64,000 bases of DNA, taken from contig CAVOIK010000022.1 of the NCBI GenBank assembly GCA_963695895.1, positions 6,485 through 70,484 of the forward strand, written 5' to 3'. Of this stretch, positions 9,932 through 17,723 are shown piece after piece; the first letter of the stretch is position 1, and the number at the start of each line of letters is the position of its first letter. The notes beneath the pieces are model-generated. The model was not told where the DNA came from. It ran no database searches and saw only the letters and a program-made list of their open reading frames with translations. This DNA comes from an uncultured delta proteobacterium. GTDB lineage: Bacteria > Desulfobacterota > BSN033 > UBA1163. A program made the position numbers and the translations under genes.

Positions 9932-11767
9932 CTATGCTACTACAGCAGGCAGTCTTATTGTGAAGGTGGTTCCTTTGCCTTTTTCACTTTGGACCTCTAT
10001 GGTCCCGTGATGATCTTCAATAATTTTTTGAGTAAGAGCCATTCCGAGGCCGACACCTTTCTCCTTCGTGGTGAAGAAAGGATTGAAAAGGTTCTTTGTT
10101 GTTGTCTCGTCCATCCCGATTCCCGTATCATGAATAACAATTTCGACCATTGAGCATTCAGAGTCCTCCGGCCCAGATGAGACGAAAAGAGTCCCGCCGC
10201 TGGTCATTGCCTGAATGGAATTAATGATTAGATTCGAGAAGGCGCGGTACAAGGTTTCCGAGTCCCCTTTGATAAGGGGGATGGTTCTGGTGAGACGGTC
10301 GTTGAAAGAGATGTGTTTTTTGGACATCTCTTCCCCATGAAGATCAATTACCTGCGTGATCAGTTGGTTTACATCCAATGCCTTCATGGGGTGTTTTCTG
10401 GTTCTAGTCAGTTCCAGAAGGTTCTCTACCAGTTGGTTAATACGATCGATCTCCCTTGGGACCGTGTTCTTAAACTTTACCAGGAAAGAGGGATTTTCAA
10501 TTTTTTGAGGGAGCAGTTGAACAAAAGTTTTGATCGCAGAGAGTGGATTCTTAATTTCATGGGCTAAACCTGCGGACAGAGTCCCCAGAGCAGCCAATCG
10601 ATCCGCTTGACGGAGCTTCCCTTCTAAGGTTTTCATTTCCGTAATATCCTGGACAACCGCAAGGGCCCCTATCCTATTGCCTTCCCCGTCCGTTAGAATG
10701 GATGTGCAGGCGGTCAGCCACAGGGTTTCAGCATCTTTCTTCAGTTCCATTTCCGGAATGATTATCCCCCGATTTTTGGAGAGCGTTTCGGTGATCAATT
10801 TCAAAAGAGGATGGTGATCTCCCAGGACCTTGTCCAGGGGGCTCCCTATCATTTCCTCCTTTCGCCTCCCAAGAATCCGTTCGACTGTTTGATTGGCAGA
10901 TACGACCTTTTTTCCCAGGTCGGTGGTAATGAGGCCATTGGTCATGGACGATATGACGTTGTCAGTATAGGTCTTAAGCGCCGTGATTTCTCGAAGCCGG
11001 GACTCCAGCTCCTCGCGATCGAGTCGAATTTGGCGGATCATATGGTTGAAATTGTTGCCGAGTTCCTCAATCTCATCTCGCGTACGGATGTCACTCACCT
11101 GTTCCAGGTTCCCCTGGGCGGCGGAAATCGTGGTCTCGACCAGTTTGGAGAGCGGGCGGGTGATCCGTTTCGAAAAGAAGACTGATCCCAGAATTCCGAA
11201 TCCGAGGGCGAACAAGCCGAGAAGGAAAAGGTTGAGACGGGTCCGCAGAATCTCCGAGGCCATTCGTTCCAGAGAAAGACCGATCCGTATCGTTCCCCAC
11301 TTCTCTTCGGACCCTTCCACATAGACCGGAACAGAGAGGTCCAGGGCAGGGACTTTCCTTTCTCCATAGGTGATCGACTGGATGTAAGGCTCCCTGGCGC
11401 TGAGCGCTTTCTGGCTCACAGGATCGGTTAATAGCTGCCCCTGCTTTTCACCGTGCCCGGTGAAGGCAGCCATCCTGTGTTCCTTATCATGAATAATCAC
11501 GTAGGCGACGTCCTCTTCCTCGGACACTCTCTCGGCATTCTGTTCAAGGACCACGTAGTTATACGTGATCAGTGCGTTCGTGCTCACTCCAGCCAAATTG
11601 CGGGCAATGGTCATTCCCCGCTTTTGGGCCTCCAGCCGTATGGCTTCACTTTGCCGTTTCTCGACGAGGATGATCGTCATAAGCATGAGGAGGAGGATCA
11701 GGAGAGATGAGGAGAGGATGAGCCTGGTCTGAAGCCGAATCGATTTAGACTTTTTATGAGAAATCAC
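9932..11767 (-). CDS. Sensor histidine kinase (periplasmic domain-TM-HAMP-PAS-HisKA-HATPase)
   Basis: 611 aa with two TM segments. H-box GLAHEIKNPL, N-box NLIINSIQAM, and DTGIGM...GVGLGM. Confidence 0.9.
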   Translation of the reverse strand: MISHKKSKSIRLQTRLILSSSLLILLLMLMTIILVEKRQSEAIRLEAQKRGMTIARNLAGVSTNALITYNYVVLEQNAERVSEEEDVAYVIIHDKEHRMAAFTGHGEKQGQLLTDPVSQKALSAREPYIQSITYGERKVPALDLSVPVYVEGSEEKWGTIRIGLSLERMASEILRTRLNLFLLGLFALGFGILGSVFFSKRITRPLSKLVETTISAAQGNLEQVSDIRTRDEIEELGNNFNHMIRQIRLDREELESRLREITALKTYTDNVISSMTNGLITTDLGKKVVSANQTVERILGRRKEEMIGSPLDKVLGDHHPLLKLITETLSKNRGIIIPEMELKKDAETLWLTACTSILTDGEGNRIGALAVVQDITEMKTLEGKLRQADRLAALGTLSAGLAHEIKNPLSAIKTFVQLLPQKIENPSFLVKFKNTVPREIDRINQLVENLLELTRTRKHPMKALDVNQLITQVIDLHGEEMSKKHISFNDRLTRTIPLIKGDSETLYRAFSNLIINSIQAMTSGGTLFVSSGPEDSECSMVEIVIHDTGIGMDETTTKNLFNPFFTTKEKGVGLGMALTQKIIEDHHGTIEVQSEKGKGTTFTIRLPAVVA

Positions 11768-11772
11768 GGCAG

Positions 11773-13404
11773 CTACTGATTCTGTAACCAGATCTTTTTC
11801 AAGGGAATGTAGGGGGCCCCAAGCGCATTCACTTCAAGGCCCTTCACATAAGGCTGATAGGCCATCTGGAATAGATTGTTGACCATGGGGAGGATCGGGG
11901 CATCTTCCATGATCAGTTCTTCAATGTCTCGGTACGTTTGCATCCGTTTGAGATAGTCCCTTTCACCTCTTGCCCGATCCAGAAGGTGGTCCACTCGCGG
12001 GTTGTTGTAACCCGTATAGTTGTATTGCGACCGGGAGTGGAAAAGGGTCCCAAGAAAATTGTCAGGGTCGGGGAAGTCAGCGTACCAGGCGTAGATGAAA
12101 ACGGGCGCCTTATTTTCGCTCAACATGGAGGTGAAGTTTTGCCAATTCGTCTCAAAATTTATATTGGCCTGAATGCCTATCCTGCTCAACTGAGCCTTGA
12201 TCTCGTTCAACTCCTTCTCGGCGGCTTCCGATTTGGATGCGCTCCAGATTTCGAGCTTGGGTTGACTTTCCCCGGCCTCGGAGAGGAGTTTCAAAGCCCG
12301 GGCCTCATTAAATGGATAGGCAATTTTCGTCGGATCATACCCCGGCATTCCGGGAGGGAGAATTCCCTTCGCCAGGTTTAATTGGTTTTTGTGGATCTCA
12401 GAGATGATCGCTCCCTTGTCAATGCCGCAGTTGATCGCCTTCCGAAGTTTCTGACTGTCCAAGGGCTTTGAGCGAAGACTAAAGCCATAGAATCTCAAGG
12501 ACAGGATAGGCTTTTGCACAAAAAGAAAGCGGGTTTCCCGGGCCGCGTTTTCCATCTCCTCCGGCGGGACGAAAGATTCATCCAGAGCGCCTGTTTTGAA
12601 TTCTTTGAACATATTATCCCGGAGGGACCCCTGGAAGATCTTGAAGATGATCTTATCCAGGTAAGGTCTTCCTTCAAAGTAGTCGCGATTGGATTCCAGG
12701 ATAATCTCTTCCCCTTCTTGCATCGAGGTAAATCGAAAGGGGCCTGTCCCCGTGGGCGATTTCGCGAACTCGACCCCCGGTTTTTCCACCTCTTCCTTTG
12801 GGACGACCTTGGCCCCCTTCATCGCAAGGATGCTGAGAAAGGGAGCATACGGTTCGGAGAAGACGATCCTTAAGGTATGGTTATCCTCCGCCGTGATTCC
12901 CTTTACTTCTTTCGCCTTTTTACTTCTAAATTCATCGGCGCCGAGGATTTTACCAAAAAAGTCGGAGGAAGTCGATCGGATTCCGGGGTCCAAGAGGCGA
13001 GTGAAGGAATAGACGAAATCTTTAGCGGTCACCTCCCTCCCGTTATGAAATTTGACGCTTTTTCTCAAGAAAAAGGTATAAGTCAGGCCGTCAGAAGAGA
13101 TCTTCCAGGACTTGGCGATGGCGGGGATGACGTTTAGAGTCTTGTCGAATTGAACCAGACCGTCGAAGACCTGCTGGATCACGGCGACGGAATTGATGTC
13201 TAAGGAGAGCGCAGGATCAAGGCTTTTCGGGTTGTAGTCGAGCGGCCTTCGATACACGCCTCCATAAGTTGGAGACTCCTTCCCTTTCGGCTGTGGAAGG
13301 GCTGCTGGAAGAGAGAAAGAGCAGATTTCAAAAACCAGGAAATAGAAACAGACGAGAGCCATTGAACTGATTCTGTACTTGTTCATTTTTTGGCGTTTCT
13401 TCAT
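11773..13404 (-). CDS. Family-5 (Opp/Dpp/Nik-type) periplasmic solute-binding protein
   Basis: A signal-like N-terminus is followed by GGVYRRPLDYNPKSLDPA... and ...ADFPDPDNFL, typical of SBP family 5. The start is uncertain: 13404 or 13386 within ORF 11773-13467. Confidence 0.8.
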   Translation of the reverse strand: MKKRQKMNKYRISSMALVCFYFLVFEICSFSLPAALPQPKGKESPTYGGVYRRPLDYNPKSLDPALSLDINSVAVIQQVFDGLVQFDKTLNVIPAIAKSWKISSDGLTYTFFLRKSVKFHNGREVTAKDFVYSFTRLLDPGIRSTSSDFFGKILGADEFRSKKAKEVKGITAEDNHTLRIVFSEPYAPFLSILAMKGAKVVPKEEVEKPGVEFAKSPTGTGPFRFTSMQEGEEIILESNRDYFEGRPYLDKIIFKIFQGSLRDNMFKEFKTGALDESFVPPEEMENAARETRFLFVQKPILSLRFYGFSLRSKPLDSQKLRKAINCGIDKGAIISEIHKNQLNLAKGILPPGMPGYDPTKIAYPFNEARALKLLSEAGESQPKLEIWSASKSEAAEKELNEIKAQLSRIGIQANINFETNWQNFTSMLSENKAPVFIYAWYADFPDPDNFLGTLFHSRSQYNYTGYNNPRVDHLLDRARGERDYLKRMQTYRDIEELIMEDAPILPMVNNLFQMAYQPYVKGLEVNALGAPYIPLKKIWLQNQ

Positions 13405-13544
13405 GGATGGAAGGGTGGGATGGGAAATTATGAACCTACTTATAAGAAAAAATGAGAGGATTGTCAAAGATTTAATAAAGAAAAGGCATACCCCAACTGA
13501 AGGATATGCCTCTTCTTCATCGTTTTTTGAAAGGAGATCCGTGA

Positions 13545-13634
13545 TTACCAGCCGTTTCCGTCTGCCAGGACTGGCATGACATAGGTCGCCACTGCCATCG
13601 CGATAATGAAAAGTTGGATTGCAATCTTCTTCAT
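13545..13634 (-). CDS. 29-codon ORF, signal-peptide-like: MKKIAIQLFIIAMAVATYVMPVLADGNGW
   Basis: The ATG at 13634 is preceded by GAGAGGGGG 6-7 nt upstream, and the stop TAA lies at 13545-13547. It sits 64 nt downstream of a -24/-12 promoter and immediately upstream of the SBP gene. It is below the ORF-track size cutoff. Confidence 0.4.
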   Translation of the reverse strand: MKKIAIQLFIIAMAVATYVMPVLADGNGW

Positions 13635-13697
13635 GATGTCACCCCCTCTCTCTTGGATTCAGAGCAATAATTGCGAATCGAATATTTCTTAATGAGA

Positions 13698-13711
13698 GCA
13701 ATACGAATGCC
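13698..13711 (-). promoter_or_regulatory. Sigma54 (-24/-12) promoter candidate GGCATTCGTATTGC
   Basis: The minus strand reads cGGCATTCGTATTGCt. The GG and GC dinucleotides are spaced exactly as in the TGGCACG-N4-TTGC consensus. An NtrC-family activator gene is adjacent. Confidence 0.55.
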
Positions 13712-13897
13712 GGGAAACAGAGGGTGACGCTTTTTCTTCTTTTATGCGGTAATCGGTTGATTTAATGAGGATTTTTGAAAGGGGCTGCTCCGGGCCGCAT
13801 GGAATCTCGACAAGAGCCCCTGCCTATAGCCTTGAAAGGAAAGATGAAGAATACGAGAAAGGAAAAAGAAAGTGCTGGATTTGACTGCGGAGATTAA

Positions 13898-13940
13898 GGT
13901 TGCACATTCGGGTAGGCAATCTCCGGGAAACTGTGCAACC
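13898..13940. promoter_or_regulatory. Inverted repeat GGTTGCACA-N25-TGTGCAACC (possible enhancer-binding-protein site or stem-loop)
   Basis: Perfect 9-bp arms, located 7 nt downstream of the NtrC-like stop and about 200 bp upstream of the -24/-12 element. No T-tract follows on the minus strand. Confidence 0.35.
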
Positions 13941-13946
13941 CGCGCG

Positions 13947-15317
13947 TTATTTTTTCAGCGGGATTCCAAGTTGCTTGGCTTTTTGAAGGAGAGTATTGCG
14001 ATTAATTTTGAGGATTCGAGCAGCTTCTGTTTGGTTCCATTGGGTTGTTTCAAGGACATTGACGATAATCCTTCTCTCAAAGGCTCCCCGGATTCCGAAG
14101 AGCCCTCGTTTTTGGGAATCCATCTCTTCAATGTCCTGGCCTGAATGGATCAGGATATCGAGGGGGATGTTTTTCAAGTCGATGATGTCATCGTTTGGAG
14201 AAAGCACGACGATCCGCTCGACGAGATTCTCCAGCTCGCGGATATTTCCCGGCCAGCGATATCTCCTTAGTGCTTCCAGTGCTTTTTCGGAGAAGCCTAG
14301 AACCTTTTTGTTGAAGGCAAGGTTGAACTTGTTGACAAAGTGTTTGGCGAGAAGGGGGATGTCATCTTTCCTCTCCCGAAGCGGCGGGATGGAAACGGGA
14401 ACCACATTGAGGCGAAAATAGAGATCCTGGCGAAAGGCGCCTTGGAGGACGGCATTTTCAAGATTGGTGTTAGTTGCAGATATGACGCGAATGTCGATCT
14501 TGATCGGCCGATTCGAACCGATGCGTTCAATCTCCCTTTCCTGGAGGACCCGAAGGAGTTTTGCTTGAAGATCGGATCTGAGCGTTGAGATTTCATCGAG
14601 GAAGAGTGTTCCCCCGTTAGCATACTCAAATTTGCCAATGGCACGTGATTGAGCCCCCGTGAAAGCCCCTTTTTCATGGCCGAACATTTCGCTTTCCATC
14701 AGCTCCGAAGGGATCGCGGCACAATTGATAGCCACGAAAGGGCCACCTTTTCGGTTACCTTGGTAGTGTATGGATCGCGCAATCAGTTCTTTCCCGGTTC
14801 CACTTTCGCCGGTGATGAGGACATTGGTCGACGTGCAGGCGACTTTTTTGACCAGATCGAAGATTTCGAGCATTGTCTTGTTCTGGGTTACGACCTGGTC
14901 AAACCCACGGTTTTTTTTGATTTCGTTTCTTAAGAAGTCCAACTCCTTATGAAGCCTTTGTTTACTGATTACGCGACTCACACTCGACAGGATATCCTCA
15001 GGTTCGAATGGTTTGGTGATGTAATCATAGGCGCCTGACTTGATGGAATCGACTGCTTTCCGAGCCAGATTCAGCGCAGAAATCATAATGACATCAATCT
15101 CCTCATCTTGCTCCTTGATTTTCCGAAGTGTCTCCAGCCCATCCATTTCGGGCATGTGGACATCCAGTAAGATCACGTCCACAGGCGTTTTCTTGAGAGT
15201 GTCCAAGGCTTCTTGCCCGCTCTCGGCGGTCAAAACTTGGTAATTGTCCTCAAGAATCACCTCAAGGGAATCCCTGGCTCCTTGTTCGTCATCTACAACC
15301 AATATGGTCGGTTTCAT
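13947..15317 (-). CDS. Sigma54-dependent response regulator (NtrC/AtoC family)
   Basis: Receiver (ILVVDDEQG...LLDVHMPEMDG), AAA+ domain (GESGTGKE, GAFTGA) and C-terminal HTH (NQTEAARILKINRNTL). Confidence 0.95.
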   Translation of the reverse strand: MKPTILVVDDEQGARDSLEVILEDNYQVLTAESGQEALDTLKKTPVDVILLDVHMPEMDGLETLRKIKEQDEEIDVIMISALNLARKAVDSIKSGAYDYITKPFEPEDILSSVSRVISKQRLHKELDFLRNEIKKNRGFDQVVTQNKTMLEIFDLVKKVACTSTNVLITGESGTGKELIARSIHYQGNRKGGPFVAINCAAIPSELMESEMFGHEKGAFTGAQSRAIGKFEYANGGTLFLDEISTLRSDLQAKLLRVLQEREIERIGSNRPIKIDIRVISATNTNLENAVLQGAFRQDLYFRLNVVPVSIPPLRERKDDIPLLAKHFVNKFNLAFNKKVLGFSEKALEALRRYRWPGNIRELENLVERIVVLSPNDDIIDLKNIPLDILIHSGQDIEEMDSQKRGLFGIRGAFERRIIVNVLETTQWNQTEAARILKINRNTLLQKAKQLGIPLKK

Positions 15318-15610
15318 CTTTATTGCCCCGATCTTTAAATTGACTCCGATATTAAGAAAAATGACTTATCCTGTCAAGCAAGACTTACGACGGGATTAAG
15401 AAACCAGCAGGGCTCCTCCTGAATAGATCTAAGCAATCCAGGAGTGCGAGATCCTGGAACAAGCCTCAGAAACCCTGAAGTGGCTCTTTTAGTAAAAAGA
15501 ACACAGAGGTTCGCCAGTATAAAAAATTTGCTTGAATTGAAAAAAGCCGGAAACAGTATTGCACAGATCCGTAGGCAATTGTCAAATTCATGAGCATCTT
15601 TCAGAAAATT

Positions 15611-15741
15611 AGGGTCTATTTTATTAGCATTCCTTCATGTAGTCTTGGCCGAAGAAGTAAAACACACCCTTTAATCATATCCCTTCTTTCTCTCAATGAT
15701 CTTGGCAAAGATGCAGATGCCAACAAAATAGACCTGACCCC
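15611..15741. mobile_element. 131-bp miniature derivative of the GGGTC(AGGTC)TATTTT-terminated element
   Basis: GGGTCTATTTTA at 15611 and AAAATAGACCTGACCCC at 15725-15741 lie in inverted orientation. The interior partly resembles the A1 right end. Confidence 0.5.
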
Positions 15742-16289
15742 TTATTGGTGGGTAGCAAATATGCAGTACTTACTTAGTAATTTCTCACCGCTGCTTCACA
15801 CGCTATCGGCTATTTCCTACAAATGACGCGGCCCTCAGAGATTACCGGGAACGAGGACTGGAGAAGCAATCCGCCTGCAGGGCCTGGTTATGTTTTTAAC
15901 GTGTCTTTTTTGTGGTTGGCTGACGCATGAACACCACATGGAAGATCTGCCACTATTCCGACCGTCTGGCCAAAATACTGTGTTGAAAGATCGCTCGAAA
16001 CGGTAGGGGCTATTGTCCTCGCAGGTACGTTACGGCTTCGGAGCATATGAGAAATTCCGCATGGCATCAAGAACTGGTAAGATGTTGAGTTGTACTGTGC
16101 TCAACCGCGGGGGAACTAAAGTAAGCTTTTCTTGATTCGCTATTTTATCGTTATGCCGAATTTATTGTTAATGATACTATATTTCAACCAAAAAAACAAA
16201 TAATTCCTGAAGGATAATCTCCTTGACTGCCGTAATTGATCCATAATATCATATTATACAGAATCCGTATATCATAGGCAGGAACTTAT

Positions 16290-16741
16290 ATGAGAGAGAA
16301 AAAGTTACCTTCACAAACCCTTCCCGATTTTCAGCAATATCTGCTTTCACGAAAGCTCGTGCCGGAAAAAAGCGTAACCTTCTACGCCTATTGGGCTAAC
16401 CGATATCTCACGTTTTCAAAACGCCTGAAGAATGCTGATGCGGCAGAGGCGCTCCGGCGATTTCTGGAGGATCTCCAATCCCGGGAAAACATTGCCGACT
16501 GGCAGATCCGGCAAGCCAAAGAGGCCATTCAGCTCTACACCGATCATTTCCACGGCGGAAAAAAGGCCGGTATTGCTGACGACGACGCAAAAACGACACT
16601 CGCCCCCTTCGACAAGGATTTGGGGGGGTCTATCTGCCTGACGCTCTTGGCCGGAAGTATCCGAACGCCCCGAAGGACTGGGCCTGGCAGTATGTTTTCC
16701 CCTCTTCGAAGCTCTCCGTGGATCCCAGACAACATCTGTAA
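16290..16741 (+). pseudogene. Degraded integron-type tyrosine recombinase (IntI-like): N-terminal domain plus one C-terminal motif block
   Basis: The N-terminal SAM-like part reads FQQYLLSRKLVPEKSVTFYAYWANRYL...WQIRQAKEAIQLY. After a frame change it continues [37 protein letters not shown], then stops. The central domain and the catalytic RHRY-containing C-terminus are missing. Confidence 0.65.
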
Positions 16742-17033
16742 GGCCAAATTCCTTACTTTCACAGAAAGAGGGAAGGGGGGATTCCCAAAGCTTTTCCTCT
16801 CACCCTAGCAAGAGCTCTTTGATCCTTCGAAGCCAAGGCTTCATAACCCGAACCTTCAGATAGAGATCTCCCGGTTGGCCTCCGCCTTTTCCTTCTTCAC
16901 CCATGCCCTTCAACCGCAGATGCTGTCCATCTCTGATCCCAGGGGGGACGGTGACGATCAATTCTTTGGCTTTTCGCCGATGAACGTATCTGATTTTTCC
17001 CCCTTGCATGGCTTGCAAGGGTGTCAAGGTAAT
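16573..17033. repeat. Direct repeat, right copy (partner of 358-813)
   Basis: See 358-813. This copy is continuous with the intact dnaJ-like gene. Confidence 0.85.
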
Positions 17034-17615
17034 GGCCTCATGCCAATCCATGCCTTTGTGAACTCCTTCGATTCCCCATACCTTCTTCAGGACATATCCA
17101 AGAAGCTTACCGAAGATCCCTGTTGAGAGACCGGGGAGAGGCGATCCCTCTGACGGGGAGACTCTTCTCTGTGCTCTTCGGAAGCCGGGACCGTAGAAGA
17201 TAACCCGTCCGAAAACGCCTGGCCGTCGAAATTCGTAACTCTGGTACCCCTGACCGTAGGATTCTCTGAAAATCTCTTCGAAACCTCTGAATCCGAAGGC
17301 GCGAGCCATCTCTTGAAAAACTTGATTGATATCAGAACCTCTGAAGATATCTTGATCCGAGTAGGTCTGCCTGAACCGGTCATAAGCAGAAGATCCATAC
17401 TCATGGCTCATCGCATCATACCTTCGCCTTTTCTCTGGATCCGAGAGCACCGCATAGGCTTCGTTAATCTCTTTCATCTTTTCCAGGGCTGCTGGATTGT
17501 CTTTGTTTCTGTCAGGATGATACTGAAAAGCGAGTTTGCGATAAGCCTCTTTGATCTTGTGAGGGCTCGCATCTCTATCCAGACCTAAAATGTCGTAGTA
17601 ATCTCTTTGGGCCAT
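16800..17615 (-). CDS. J-domain protein (DnaJ/CbpA-like, no zinc-finger region)
   Basis: [37 protein letters not shown] (HPD motif) plus a DnaJ C-terminal-like tail. Confidence 0.85.
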   Translation of the reverse strand: MAQRDYYDILGLDRDASPHKIKEAYRKLAFQYHPDRNKDNPAALEKMKEINEAYAVLSDPEKRRRYDAMSHEYGSSAYDRFRQTYSDQDIFRGSDINQVFQEMARAFGFRGFEEIFRESYGQGYQSYEFRRPGVFGRVIFYGPGFRRAQRRVSPSEGSPLPGLSTGIFGKLLGYVLKKVWGIEGVHKGMDWHEAITLTPLQAMQGGKIRYVHRRKAKELIVTVPPGIRDGQHLRLKGMGEEGKGGGQPGDLYLKVRVMKPWLRRIKELLLG

Positions 17616-17723
17616 CGCATTTTCTCTTTATTGAATTTGATGAAATTGTGGTATTAAGATATGTAGCATTATTGCACTCGAATTCCAATGCGACGAAATG
17701 GAACCGCCTTCAAGGAGGGCAAC

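Noticed and set aside
15330-16290. An attI site or attC cassette array upstream of the IntI-like gene. hicBA as an integron cassette was also considered.
   Set aside because: I could not find paired R''/R' (RYYYAAC...GTTRRRY) sites with attC-like symmetry here or around hicBA. The region contains only an AT-rich spacer and a mini TIR element. This needs a covariance-model scan to exclude.
16290-16808. The 172-aa ORF as an intact small integrase-like gene.
   Set aside because: Beyond about residue 95 the frame carries no integrase sequence. The recognisable C-terminal motif block is in a different frame, and the ORF tail runs antisense into the dnaJ-like stop region.
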